From assembly GCF_018350175.1 (NCBI RefSeq), contig NC_058383.1, positions 8,682,001 to 8,746,000 of the forward strand: DNA of 64,000 nt, given 5' to 3'. The translations under genes were made by a program, and so were the position numbers. This document shows positions 1-11,310 of the stretch, piece after piece (positions within the stretch are counted from its first letter, which is position 1; each line of letters starts with the position of its first letter). The notes beneath the pieces are model-generated. The model saw only the letters and a list, made by a program, of their open reading frames with translations. It did not search any database and had not been told where the DNA came from. The stretch is from Felis catus (lineage: Eukaryota).

Positions 1-623
1 CCCTGCACACGCGCCCCGAGCGCTTGTCCCAGCAAGCCTCTGAGGCAGGCTGTCCCCACCCCCAGCGTGCCGAGGAGGGGGATGAGGCCTCGCTGGCACC
101 AAGCCGCCCGGCTGGGATGTGGCCGTGCAGGGTCCCAGCCTGCCAGCCTGGCCCCAGAGCCGTGCTCTGCATCCCTGCTCTCTCACCCCCGCAGCACGGA
201 GCGTGGCACCGGTGGCCCGAGGCGCCTGGCCAGTGTCCTGTTTTCCCAGGAATGATGTTAGTGGTGATGTTACGATATCACACGTTTCCTCCTCCCCAGT
301 GCTTTCTAGCCGATGTGAGTTTAGCAGGCACCGAAGTTTTTATAAATAATGGGAGACCATCTTAAGTTGAGCACATTCTTTCTCTGTTCTACCCACACTT
401 AACCCCTCCTGCGCCCCCGTCCCCGTAAAAGGCCAGGAGAAGGGTGAATAAGTGAAGTAATTATAATCATTAGTAGCGCCTGTCCCGGTCTAGCTACTCA
501 TGGGGCTTGAATGTTATCAGTCGGTGAGAAACGCTGTGACCTGTTTTTGGTTACGCTGTAATCCCTTTTCTGGGAACAGCGTGGAGATATTAGTGTAAAA
601 TCAATTCTTCACTTGGGGAGAGA

Positions 624-970
624 TTTTTTTTTTTTTTTTTAAGGTCAGGTTTACGCTCGGTAAAATCCACCCGTGTTAGGGCGTCTGCCTCTGTGAATTT
701 TGAGGCGTGTACCGTTAGGGGCCGCCTGACCACTGAGCAGTGCCAGATTCTTTCACGCCTCTTTGTCATCAGCCTCTAACCCCGTCCCTAGCCCGTGGCG
801 ACGCCTGGTCTGTTTTCTGTTCCCATAATTTTACATTTTCCAGAATGCCAGGTAAATGGATCATACAGCCTTTGAGTCTGGCTTCTGTCCCTTGGCCACG
901 CTGGTGAAAGGTGTCAATACTTCCTGTCTGCTTAAAGGAGGGCCCACTCGAATTCCCTTGCATGGACGTA
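624..970 (-). mobile_element. Old L1 (L1M-type) 3' end fragment, antisense
   Basis: Poly-T at 624-640 followed by sequence resembling the reverse complement of an L1MB/MC 3' UTR (tgtgaattttga, ttttctgttccc..., ttttccagaatg...aaatggatcatacag, gagtctggcttct); heavily diverged. Confidence 0.7.
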
Positions 971-1066
971 CCACAGCAGGGAGGGATTGGCAAAACTGGT
1001 TGGACTCCCCTTAGCTCAGGATCCCCAGGATCCAGTCCCCTGGGCCGTTGGAGCCGCGCACAGCCA

Positions 1067-1154
1067 GGGCACCGGTCGGTAGAGCCCGGTCGGTAGAGCA
1101 CACGACTTGATCTTGGAGTTGTGAGTTCAAGCCCCACGAGGGGCGTAAAGCTAC
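1067..1154 (+). mobile_element. Short old CAN-SINE (tRNA-derived, SINEC_b-like)
   Basis: gggcacc...gtcggtagagcacacgacttgatcttggagttgtgagttcaagccccacg...gtaaagctac matches the short carnivore SINE; flanked by direct repeat gcacagcc. Confidence 0.75.
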
Positions 1155-2593
1155 GCACAGCCTCACACCCAATCCTGCCTCATCCTCATCCTCAGCCTCA
1201 CAGGGAGGCAGGCACGTGCGCTTTCCACCCTTACACAGGATGATCAGGGCGACGTGCTGCCATTCCTCTGCGTTGCCTGTCCACCGTCGTTGTGAGCGAG
1301 AGCCGTCTTCCTTGAAGAAGGAGGGCTCGGTTGGTGTTGGTAAAGCTGGCTGGCTTCTGCTTTGTGTCACAAGGAAGGAAGGATGTGAGCGCTGTCGTCG
1401 GAAACGGGCTCACCCAGAGATCCGCTCCGTGAAGACCCCGGCCCCGGCGGCCGAGGCGGTGGGGGGGCGAGGCCAGCCCGCGGTGTGTTCGTGGAGGCAC
1501 AGGTGTCACAGGTGTGGCAGGAGGGCAGGCTGCCGTCTGTCGGTTACTCACGAGCAGCTGGGCAGTAAAACAGGTGTCTGGCTCCCTCTGGTCTCCGAAC
1601 TATAGATGTTCTTCTGATATATCCTTATTTTGTCATTCAGTTTCATGGGAGGTGCTTTCTCCGGCTTCGATCGTAAGCTCCGGGAAGGTACGGATACCTC
1701 AGATCCTCCTCGGTCCTTGGCTGGATTGGCTGGTTGGGTAAATGCTAGAATACAGATGTGCACTGAGTGGTCCAGACCCCCCTCCCTCGCCGCTGAGTGT
1801 GTCTGTGGGGGACAGAGAGAGAGGGTGGCAGCGTGGAGCGGTCGGAAGCCCACCGTGTGAAGTTCTTCGGGAGAAAACCAAGGCTCAGAGAGGGCCACTG
1901 TTCTCCCCGGAATCACACGACAGGCCCTCAGAGGACCTAGGGACACGCGGGCGGGGTGTGCGCTCCCTCGGGCCCAGCCGCTCCGCACGTCTCCGCTGCA
2001 GATTTGGAAAGGCAGAAGGAAAAGGGCGGCCCGCCGGGCTTCCTTGAGGCAGGTGGCTCTTTTAAAGCTGGGGCTTGTTGCCAATCTGACCTCGTTTCCA
2101 TGGAAGCAGCCAGTGGGGCAGCTTGTTCCTGTCAACCTGAGGCCTGGTGGAGCCTCAGCCCCTGACAGGCTGCAGGAGCTGGCCAGCTCACTCAGAGGAG
2201 GGGGGACCCAGGAGCCCCGCTGGCGTCCCCCTCCTACCCGCCTTTTGCCGCAGGAGTTTGGTTTGAAGGGAAAGCCGGGGAATTGCTCGTGCCAGCCTCC
2301 TCTGTCCCCGGGACTGGCACAGGGGTGGCCTTCGCCACGGCGCTGGGGACGTGGTGGGGTACCCCTGTGGACCCTGTCTTTGTGTATCGTCCCCGGAGCA
2401 TCTTCAAGGTGAAAAAGGAAGAAATATGTAGCAACTTTGTTCCGTACGGTAAGCGTGCACTTCAAAAAACCAAGTATCTCAATGGCATCTGTTTCTTGAA
2501 ATCAGTTTCCTCAAGCTCCTGGAATTTCTTTCTTGCTGAGGTGGTAGTTTTCCAGTTTGCCATAGGTTTGCTGCCTGTCTTACCTGGTAGTTG

Positions 2594-2838
2594 TTTTTTT
2601 TTTTTAACTTTTAAAAAAAAATTTAAATGTTTATTTATTTGAGAGAGAGAGAGAGAGCGCGAGAGCGCGAGCACAAGCTGGGGAGGGGCAGAGAGACAGG
2701 GAGACACAGAATCAGAAGCAGGCTCCAGGCTCTGAGCTGTCAGCACAGAGCCTGACGCTGGGCTTGAACTCACTAACCGGGAGATCATGACCTGAGCCGA
2801 AGTCTGATGCTTTAACTGACTGAGCCACCAGGCGCCCC
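2594..2838 (-). mobile_element. CAN-SINE (SINEC_Fc type)
   Basis: Reverse complement of ggggcgcctggtggctcagtc...gagcctggagcctgcttc...(CT)n...aaataaa and A-rich tail. Confidence 0.95.
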
Positions 2839-3080
2839 TCTCATCCAGTGGTTTTGACGTCTTAGACATTCCTGAGCTTGGCTGGCTTCATTTCACGTGA
2901 GGATCACAGCTCAGTAAGGAAGCCTTTATTGTGTTAACTAGTCAACAGATAACGTTCTTTCAAGAATTCTGAGTTTTTAATCACCCCCCACCTAAGCCTC
3001 TGGACTCATTGGTGCTGAGGGGCAATTTGCGTTACTAAATTTCAGAGTTGACTGCAAACCTTAAAAGACTAGAAAACGTA

Positions 3081-3287
3081 GGGGTGCCTGGGTGGCTCAG
3101 TGTGTTAAGCGCCCAACTGGTGGTTTCAGCTCACGTCATGATCTCACGGGCCGTGAGTTTGAGCCCCGCAAAGACAGTGCGGAGCCTGTACGGGATTCTC
3201 TCTCTTCCTCTCTCTTCCCCTCCCCATCTCACTCTCTTTGTCTGTCTCTCTCCAAATGAATAAATCAACTTAAAAAAAAATTTTTTT
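3081..3287 (+). mobile_element. CAN-SINE
   Basis: ggggtgcctgggtggctcag start, CT-rich region, aataaa and A tail; degenerate TSD taaaag(a/c)ctagaaaa. Confidence 0.9.
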
Positions 3288-4769
3288 TAAAAGCCTAGAA
3301 AATGCTGAGAATGACTCGTCACGTCACAGACCAGGCAAAGCCCCCGCCCCGTTGTCAGTCTTGCTGGTGGGTGGTAGTTTTAAGGGTAGTTTATCAGACC
3401 TGCCGACACATACTGCTTCCCGAAAACTATCCGACTTCTGTTCCAGTAGGTGGAGAAAGAGACTCCAGTCCTAGAAGCACACTGCTCACCTACCTTTTTA
3501 GGGTATGGCAGGTTTAGCTCGAGGGCTGGAGGACTTCCAAAAAAGTCTGACTAAGGGAGAGAAAGACAACTCCCAAAGCTAACAGGGTGGGGCCTCACGG
3601 CCAGGACAGGAAAATTCCCAGCAGGAAAGCAGCCTGTCTGTAATGCAGACACGTTGGCTCATAGATTTGCTTTCACGGAATAAGTGAAACGGAACAAAAG
3701 TTTTTCTGAACTCTCACTCCAAAAGGCCCAGCTCCCGCAGGTGTGTGTCTTTTGGTCCCAACTCGTATTCAGTATCGTTTCAAGCGATGTTCCCTTGCGG
3801 TGGCGGTGGCCTACTCCAGACAGCCGGCCGAAATGTCCTCCTGTCGCTCGGCGGGACACACGTCTTAGGGCAGAAAGCGAGCAGCATCTCTTCCCAGAGA
3901 TCCTGGCCGCCGGCTTTGCTTCCCCTGCCGCTTCGCCTTTGCAGGGGAGCAGCCCCGGCCTGCCGAGAGCCAGTGTGCGACGTGCGCTGTGCGTGGCTGC
4001 GGAGCCGCGTGGACCTGGGTTCAGATCTCGACCCCGCTGGCTTGCTGGCCATTCAGCCGGCGTGGGAGTCTGCCCGTTCTAGAATCGCTGCGATTAAATC
4101 CTCACCGCCACGTCCCTGCTCGTCGTTAGCTTAGCGCCCTGCCCACGGGTGTCTGGCGGCCGTGACTCTCCTTCCCAGCCCGGCAAATGGGCACGCACGG
4201 GAATCGCAGAAAAGCGAACAAGCCACCTAACTGGGTAGTAGGTGCTTCCCTACGTGCACGTGGCTGGACGCGGCCCATCTGTGGACATCTTCGGGTTGCA
4301 GTGGGTCCTCTCAAGCCGGCTGCTTTCAGTTATCGTGTGTCAAGGGCAGATGCCGAGTGAGGAGCCGGCCTCAGAGACACCGGGAGTGAAAGGAGTAGGA
4401 GGACCGGTAGTAGAGTGGGAGCCATGTCCCTTCAGAGCCTGAATTTTTAGTTGGAAACGACAACAATAGGCAGTGATTACGTTTGTGGGCTCCTTTTGGC
4501 TTTTAGAGGTTCAGAATGTAATCTCGACCACTGTCATATGCACCACACCGCGCAACGCCCGCCGTGCGACCGTTACAGTAAATATGGGAGAGTAAGTGAA
4601 TAAGTAACTTACAAAAATATCGTTAACGCTCTTGCATTGCACAGAGATGATGGCGACTCTTTGTTGATTCTCTTTGTGGATGAGATACCCTTTGCTGTCC
4701 TTCGGGGATCTACGAAATCTGCCTGTATAGAGCACACCTCTGCTTTGCAAGATGGGGAAGAGAAACAAA

Positions 4770-4920
4770 AAAAGCTTTGTTTTCTTTTTCTCATTATGAG
4801 GGTCAAACAGGCTAGTTGCAAAACATTCAATTGATGAAGACACAAAAAGTTCTCCCCAGTTCTGCCATCTTAAGATAACAACCGTGAACATTTTACAAAC
4901 CGTATCTGCAGTATCTCTGA
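4770..4920 (-). mobile_element. Ancient L1ME-like fragment
   Basis: tttttctcattat...aaagttctccccagttctgccatcttaagataacaaccgtgaacatttt resembles L1ME 3' sequence in antisense. Confidence 0.45.
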
Positions 4921-5801
4921 ATGGACGCACAGGCTCAAGTTTTGCTCCATAAGGTTGGAGAGCACCTACTACGTGCCGGGGACTTGGGGGTCGTAGCACG
5001 TACAAGCCCTCCTCTGAGCTGGTGCGTTGGGACATCTGTCCAGTCTGTTCGGGCCTGGCCTCTGTGCCTCCCATGGCTGCATGGTGACCCCGGGCTTGGC
5101 TCGTCCTGATACGTTCGGCCAGCCCTCACTCGATGGGAATTCACGTTCCTTGTTATTTTAAGTAGACCATGTCTAATCCAACGATACCACAACCTGAGCC
5201 ACTAACAGGTTCTTGCCAAGCCCTCTGCCCGTGCTGTGACTCAGGTAAGAAAACTTGCTTTTTCTCCAGGTGCCAGGCCATTCCAGGTGTGAGTGCTCGA
5301 GGCCTGGAGAGCAGGCGGTTGACCTGTCAGAGGCACAGGAGGGAGCCCCGGCCCCACAGAGAGGGACCGTCTGAGCCCTACGTGATAGAGTCGGGGGGCT
5401 TATTATCGGCGCCCGGAACGAAGGAAACAAAACCGCTTTTCCCAAGGCAGATCCTGTGTGCCTCAGGAGTCTCGCTGGTGTTAGTGACCTAAGCCCGCCC
5501 GCTGGAAGGTGGGGAACAAATGGGGGCAATGCCAGGTGCTTAGGTCCTGGCTCACTCCCCAAACTCCCCAGGGAGGTGGGTGGTCTGGGCAGACGGACCC
5601 GTGCGAGCCGAGGAGAGTGACCGCCTATCACTGTTAGGAACGCTCTCTTTGGGCCAGACTCACGTCTGCTTTCCGGTGGCGGCCAGTGAATCCCCCACTT
5701 GGGACCCCTGATCCGGTCCACCCCTCCCACTGCACGGATGCTCGTGGTTGCACTTCAGTGAGTTACCAGATCGAGCCTAGGAGCTGGGCCTTCATCTTTC
5801 T

Positions 5802-6033
5802 TTTTTTTTTTTTTTTTTTTTAATTTTTTTCAACGTTTATTTATTTTTGGGACAGAGAGAGACAGAGCATGAACAGGCGAGGGGCAGAGAGAGAGGGAGA
5901 CACAGAATCGGAAACAGGCTCCAGGCTCTGAGCCATCAGCCCAGAGCCCGACGCGGGGCTCGAACTCACGGACCGTGAGATCGTGACCTGGCTGAAGTCG
6001 GATGCTTAACCGACTGCGCCACCCAGGCGCCCC
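5802..6033 (-). mobile_element. Young felid CAN-SINE with perfect 17-bp TSD
   Basis: Full-length, CpGs intact, long T tract; TSD tgggccttcatctttct at 5785-5801 and 6035-6051. Confidence 0.97.
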
Positions 6034-6899
6034 GTGGGCCTTCATCTTTCTACCGGGCCCCCACCGAGCGGACAGTGTGTCCACATCGCCTCTGCTTTGT
6101 CGTCACTTGCCACGCTGCGTCTGCCTGTGGGTGATTCTGTTTTTGTTTGCAATGAACTCCTGTGCTTTTTGGTTGGTGCTCTTCCCTCTTGCGCATCCAT
6201 TTGGCCCCCAGCACACACCTGGGCCTGACCAGAGAGCAGGTGCACGTGTCCACGTTGCCCCCGGGAGAGCCAGGGCCCCCACATTGCCACGTCGGTGCCT
6301 TCTGCGCCCCACTCCTGCCTGCCAGGCGTGAGACGAGAGGGCCTGTTTTCTGGAGCGAGGCCCTGCGGTTTGACCTAGGGAGGAGCACACGGGTCAGGGT
6401 CGCCCTGCTTCTTCCGTTACCCCGAGTTAAGACCAAATGTCAGGGAGAAAAGGATGGGGGCACTGTACTTTCCCAAAGTACTGTCGCTCCTGGGTGCTCC
6501 CCACCCCGTGCCCGCTTTGCAACTGCTGGTCCAGCTCATAGTCGCCAGAGACTAACGAGCCCGTGGGGCAGGTGCAGGTGTGTGCGGGAGTGGGGTCGGC
6601 ATGCCCGGCAGAGCCACCGAGGGCCTTGGACCGCAGCCTGCTCCAGCCCCGGCTGGGCCCCGGCTCAGCTCCAGGATATGTTTGCTTTCGACACATCCAC
6701 TATCATTTAGATACAAAGCATCACACGGCTGAAGCCATTCGGTGGAATTCAGAGTTCATTGCCAGGAAAATAAAACAAATCAAAACAGTCATTAATAATT
6801 TTATTTAAATTGTGAGTAAATTCCCCCTGTTACATTTTGTAGATTATCTCTACGAGTTAATTTATTGCTGTTTGAAATTGCACAAGGACCCATGGAAAC

Positions 6900-7130
6900 T
6901 CTGCCTTCGTCGAGCGTCTCCTGTGTGTTGGGCTCTGTGCGAGGGGCCGGCGTGCCACAGCTGCCCTTCCCTCATGGAGCAGACGTTCTGCACGGGCCTG
7001 GGGTCCCCGGGGGTTGGGGGGGGGCATCGTGAGAGCTGCTGCAGCCCAGGGCTCTGGGTGGAAGAAGCACGCGTAGATTCTGTGGGCAAGAGGGAGGAGC
7101 CAGAGGTGCAGGTCTGCCAGGCAGGGGGCG
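6900..7130 (-). mobile_element. L2 fragment
   Basis: gagcgtctcctgtgtgttgggctctgtgc...cccttccctcatggagcagacgttct resembles the L2 3' end in antisense. Confidence 0.5.
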
Positions 7131-8966
7131 GTGGATAGCCTGCCTCATTTACTCAACACCAAAGCCAAGGGCTGTGCCAGGCCTCTTGCGTGTGTCCCCT
7201 GTGGTCGTCCGAGGCAGACCTCACTGCCTTACCTCTACGTAGAGCTGAGGACAGTCGAGAGCGTTCAAGAGCTTGCCCAGGGCCAGTCGGCGGGGATCTG
7301 CACCCGGCTCTGCGGACTCCGGCCTTGGCCGCCCCGTGTCACCGCCGGAGGGCTGGCACGAGTGTCAAGAGAGACCAAAGAGTCCGGTTTCCCCACGGGC
7401 TTGGCGGTGAACGGCCGAAGATGCAGAGCAAAGGGAACCACGGGGAGCGCCGGGGTGTGTTGTCCGTGTTTTGAGCTGAACGGAGAGATCTGGTGGGGGA
7501 GGAAGGGGGAAGCAGGCCGAAGAGCAAGAAAGCAGCGACCTTTATTTTAAATGCTTTGGTGACAGATTTAAAACTTGACTAACTTCACGCCAGAACGACC
7601 TCACTCACCCGGGAGTGACCTCGAGCTCGAATATTTTCCCTGTAAATCCATAAGCTAATGCCGTGCGCACATCCACGGGGTTCCCGAGGAAGGGAGCTGC
7701 TCGGGACGGGGCGTGCGGGGAGGCGGCGACTTAGGGTGGGGATGGCAAGAATCCCCCTTAAATTTTAAAGAACACGGCAGAGTCTCTAAAATTAAAGAAA
7801 AGAAGGATTTTTAAAAAGCCTACAGTGAAATAATTGTCTCAGTCTGTGGCTAGAGCTAATTTGGGGAGAATCACATATTTTGATTTCTTTGGGATTTTTT
7901 TTTTTTTTAAGGAAACTTTTCAAGCAGTAAATTAAATATTTTTGGATGTATACTGAGATGACTTACTTCGGGAGTACATCGACAGTGAGGAAAGTACGAA
8001 GACAAATTTGGGGTTAGCAAGGACACCCTCCAAAAGTTTGGCTCCTGGGGATCGTTGACCCCTCGCAATAAAATGGCTGTGTTTTCTTTGAGCTGTCGCT
8101 TTAAGAAATTGAGAGCGCTGTCTGGTGACCAGGTCCCTAGCCAAAACATTCACATTTTGCCTCATCTGCAGAGAGACCTGAGCTGAGTTTTATCTCTGTG
8201 TCTTTTTGCAAAGTGTTCCTGCTCTGTTAACAGAGCTATAATTAACTCACAGGACGCCAGGCAGCCAGATGCGGCCAGGCGCCAAGAAATCAGCCCCAAT
8301 TACTATATTCACATCGTCAGTAATGCCCACTTCCAAGCTCCTGCGGATTTGAAATGGCAAGTTCCAACTTTCCATAGTAAAATTACCATTTTTGTACTAT
8401 TCTATTACATGGTGATATTTGTCCATTATTTTGCCTGTGTAAACTGGGTATTGTAATGACAATTAGTTGTTGAGCGTTTTCTAAAATGATTTGCAGTCAC
8501 GTCTCTTCGATGGGAAACCCACGGCCGCCTGTATGGAGTGAGCCAGACGCACTTCAAGAATCGACTTCTCGCAGGGGGACGACATGCCTTGGGATTTTAC
8601 GATAAACGTCGGCCTTTACGATAAGGAGTAGCCTTTGAATGTCGCCTGTTTTTTTTTTGTAGGTGTTCGGCGTTAGGGTTGTCTGATCTCTTTTTAATGA
8701 CGGAGGAGGGTCCTGGCCCCGCCAGCTCCTTGAGAGGCCCGGGGGGCTGGTGCTGGGTTTGCATTGCTGGGTCCCCACCTCCCCTTCTGGTACTAACTCA
8801 GTGGTGGCCCTGGGGTCTGACCCGTGCCCTGGACGCGCGCGGCTGGTGCAGTAAGGTTCCCGGTTTTCCGGGGAGGCTCGTCCCCGGGGAAGCAGGCCTG
8901 GTGGCCTGATTTGGTTGTACATTTTGCTCTGTTTTCAGCAGAAACTTCAGGAGGCATGTTCTAGGC

Positions 8967-9212
8967 CAGTGTGCCGCTCAAAGTGTGTCAGAGTGTGGCC
9001 CGAGGGCCAGTTAACCGGTCGTTAACCGGCCTCCAGCTAGAGAAGCATAGAAATTCAGAGCAGACATTTAAAAACGTTTATAGCATCTTGACATTACAGT
9101 GACATCCAAGTGGCATTTTTGTTGTATTTTATAAAAATACCAGCCCAGAGCAGATTGGAAATTTAAAAATCCCTGCCGTGGCCTCCCCCACAGATTGTGT
9201 CAGAGGCATTGG
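8967..9212. mobile_element. hAT-Charlie DNA transposon fossil (Charlie4z-like)
   Basis: cagtgtgccgctcaaagtgtg... terminus and aaacgtttatagcatcttgacattacagtgacatccaag internal motif. Confidence 0.55.
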
Positions 9213-9856
9213 TCATTAATTAACCCCTGATCCCTGGTTGCATTTCACAGCAATAATTCATGTTGGGCAAGGCCGAATATTTTCTTTTTCTGCTGGGGAG
9301 TGGTCTGCAGGTACAGTCACCGAGGAAGGGGCTTCTGAGAGGAGAAGGCCGAGTCCCCAGAGGCAGACAGGGGCCCTTGGGAGAGACCGATGACCCTCAG
9401 TGGCTGGCAGCCTGGGGTGGGGGCCTCTCTGGGGGTGCTGGTGTCTTCTGAGCATATCTACCAGGACCTGACAATTCGGGACAGGCTCCGGTCTCGGGCC
9501 CCGGACGTTGCCTTTCACGTGTTGGCTGGGCATCCTCTGGCCTGCCTGCCTGCTGCCCCGTCGAATTGCCTTCCACGATTTCCAGACATTGATGGGGAGG
9601 AGGGGGGGAACAGAGGCCCAGATTCCGCCTTCCCTCTCAGCCAGCCACCAGTTCCTGATTGGAGCTCCTGCCCGACCCTCGAATCTCTTGGGTCCTCTTT
9701 ATGCCCAGTGTGTAGCGTGGGGGACGGCCACCTCCTGTTGGCCTGCCCTGCGGGCTCACAATGGCATTTCCTCTTCTAAATGGTTAAAAGAAAACAAAAG
9801 AAGACAATGATAATGTAAGTTAGGAAATTCAAATGACAGTGTCCACAAATAAAGTC

Positions 9857-10247
9857 GTTTTTTTTTTTTTTTTAATTGCAGTAAAACGTACCTAACACAA
9901 AATTTACCACTTTAACCATTTTGAGTGTACAGGTTGGTGCATTAAGAACATTCATACCGTGTTGGGGCGCCTGGGTGGCGCAGTCGGTTAAGCGTCCGAC
10001 TTCAGCCAGGTCACGATCTCGCGGTCCGTGAGTTCGAGCCCTGCGTCAGGCTCCGGGCTGATGGCTCGGAGCCTGGAGCCTGTTTCCGATTCTGTGTCTC
10101 CCTCTCACTCTGCCCCTCCCCCATTCATGCTCTGTCTCTCTCTGTCCCAAAAATAAATAAAAAACGTTGAAAAAAAATTAAAAAAAAAACAAACACATTC
10201 ATACCGTGTAATCGCCACCGCCGTCCATCGTCCCATCTGAGACTCTG
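9857..10247 (-). mobile_element. 5'-truncated L1MA/MB 3' end inserted in MER58B and interrupted by a SINE
   Basis: Poly-T then ttaattgcagtaaaacgtacctaacacaaaatttaccactttaaccattttgagtgtacag...acattcatac; resumes after the SINE as aatcgccacc...tgagactctgta; flanked by aaataaagt duplication. Confidence 0.8.
9964..10194 (+). mobile_element. Young felid CAN-SINE with 15-bp TSD
   Basis: ggggcgcctgggtggcgcagtcggttaagcgtccgacttcagccagg...; TSD acattcataccgtgt at 9948-9962 and 10195-10209. Confidence 0.97.
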
Positions 10248-10732
10248 TAAATAAAGTTTTATTGGAACACGGCCATGCTCATTTGTTTACCTGCTGTCTG
10301 CGCCTCCTTTTCTGCTGCCAGAACAGAGCCGAGTAGTTGCAACAGAGACATATGGCCTGCAAAGCCCTTTCCAGAAAAAGTTTGCTGACCTCTGCCCTAG
10401 TGCCTATTATCTCGCACAGTTACCATAGCAACCACCTAACTGGTCTCCTTACCTACAGTTACATTTCTTTCCAATCTGCCCCTGGAGTGATCCCCCTAAG
10501 ATGCACTTCTGTCAACGAACCTCCTCGATTAGAATCCTTTAGGGGCGTCGCATGGACCAATGCTGTGTTCCTGGGAGCACCAGCCCCAGAAAAACAACTC
10601 AAGCTATTAAAGGCCCTGAAAAGCCCTGCAGAAAAAAATCCTGCTGAACGTCAATTAATTCAATATCTTCCTAAATTAATTGACTGTAAAATCATTATTT
10701 TCTTTTTCTCATCACCTGCGAGCATCCGATAG

Positions 10733-11160
10733 CAGGGGTGAGCAAACCTTCACTGTGAAGGGCCAGGTGGTAACATACCGTGGGCTCTGTAGGTCGTATG
10801 GTCTCTTTTGCAGCCACTTGGGTCTGTTGTAAAGTAGCCATAGACAATATGTAAATGGTGGGCATGTTCCAATAAAATTTTATTTTATTTTATTTTATTT
10901 TTTAACACTTTCCCGCTTTTGAGAGACAGAGCTCCAGCAGGGGAGGGGCACAGAGAGAGGGAGACACAGAATCTGAAGCAGACTCCAGGCTCCGAGCTGT
11001 CGGCACAGAGCCCCACGCAGGGCTCGAACTCATGAATCTTGAGATCATGATCTGAGCCAAAGTCCGATGCTCAACGACTGAACCACCCAGTCGCCCCCCA
11101 ATAAAATTTTATATAGAAAAATAAAACAGGCCATGGGCCAGATTTGCTGTGCTGACCACT
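10733..11160 (-). mobile_element. MER58A (hAT-Charlie), split by a SINE
   Basis: caggggtgagcaaacc...gaagggccag...tagccatagacaatatgtaaat...gttccaataaaattttat, resuming ...aaaacaggccatgggccagatttg. Confidence 0.85.
10884..11097 (-). mobile_element. CAN-SINE inserted in MER58A
   Basis: SINE body with (ATTTT)n tail; TSD ccaataaaattttat at 10869-10883 and 11098-11112. Confidence 0.95.
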
Positions 11161-11172
11161 TGTTCTGTAGAA

Positions 11173-11310
11173 CAGTGGTTCTCTTAGGGTGGTCCCAGAC
11201 CAGCAGCCTCCCCTCACCTGAATACCGAATTGGAAACTCTGGGGGTGGCCCAGCAGTCTGTGTCTTAACCAGCCCCACCTGCCAGCTAAGTGAGCCCCTG
11301 TTACAGAAAC
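11173..11310. mobile_element. MER5A (hAT-Charlie) fragment
   Basis: cagtggttctc...gtggtcccagaccagcagc...gaaactctgggggtggcccagcagtctgtgtcttaaccagccc. Confidence 0.75.

Larger units (their letters stand above)
9715..10394 (+). mobile_element. MER58B (hAT-Charlie), split by an L1 fragment and a SINE
   Basis: Left part aaatggttaaaagaaaacaaaagaagacaat...ggaaattcaaatgacagtgtccacaaataaagt; right part aaataaagttttattggaacacggccatgctcatttgtttac...agaaaaagtttgctgacctctg. Confidence 0.8.

Noticed and set aside
1548..2465. Longest ORF in the track (305 aa, - strand)
   Set aside because: No recognisable domain, R/G/P/S-rich composition expected from GC-rich non-coding DNA, and several overlapping ORFs on both strands.
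2462..2869. ORFs containing 'TSAQVMISR...SSSPASGSVLTAQSLEPASDSVSP' (also near 34401, 50134, 59276, 61467)
   Set aside because: Translations of CAN-SINE sequence, not genes.
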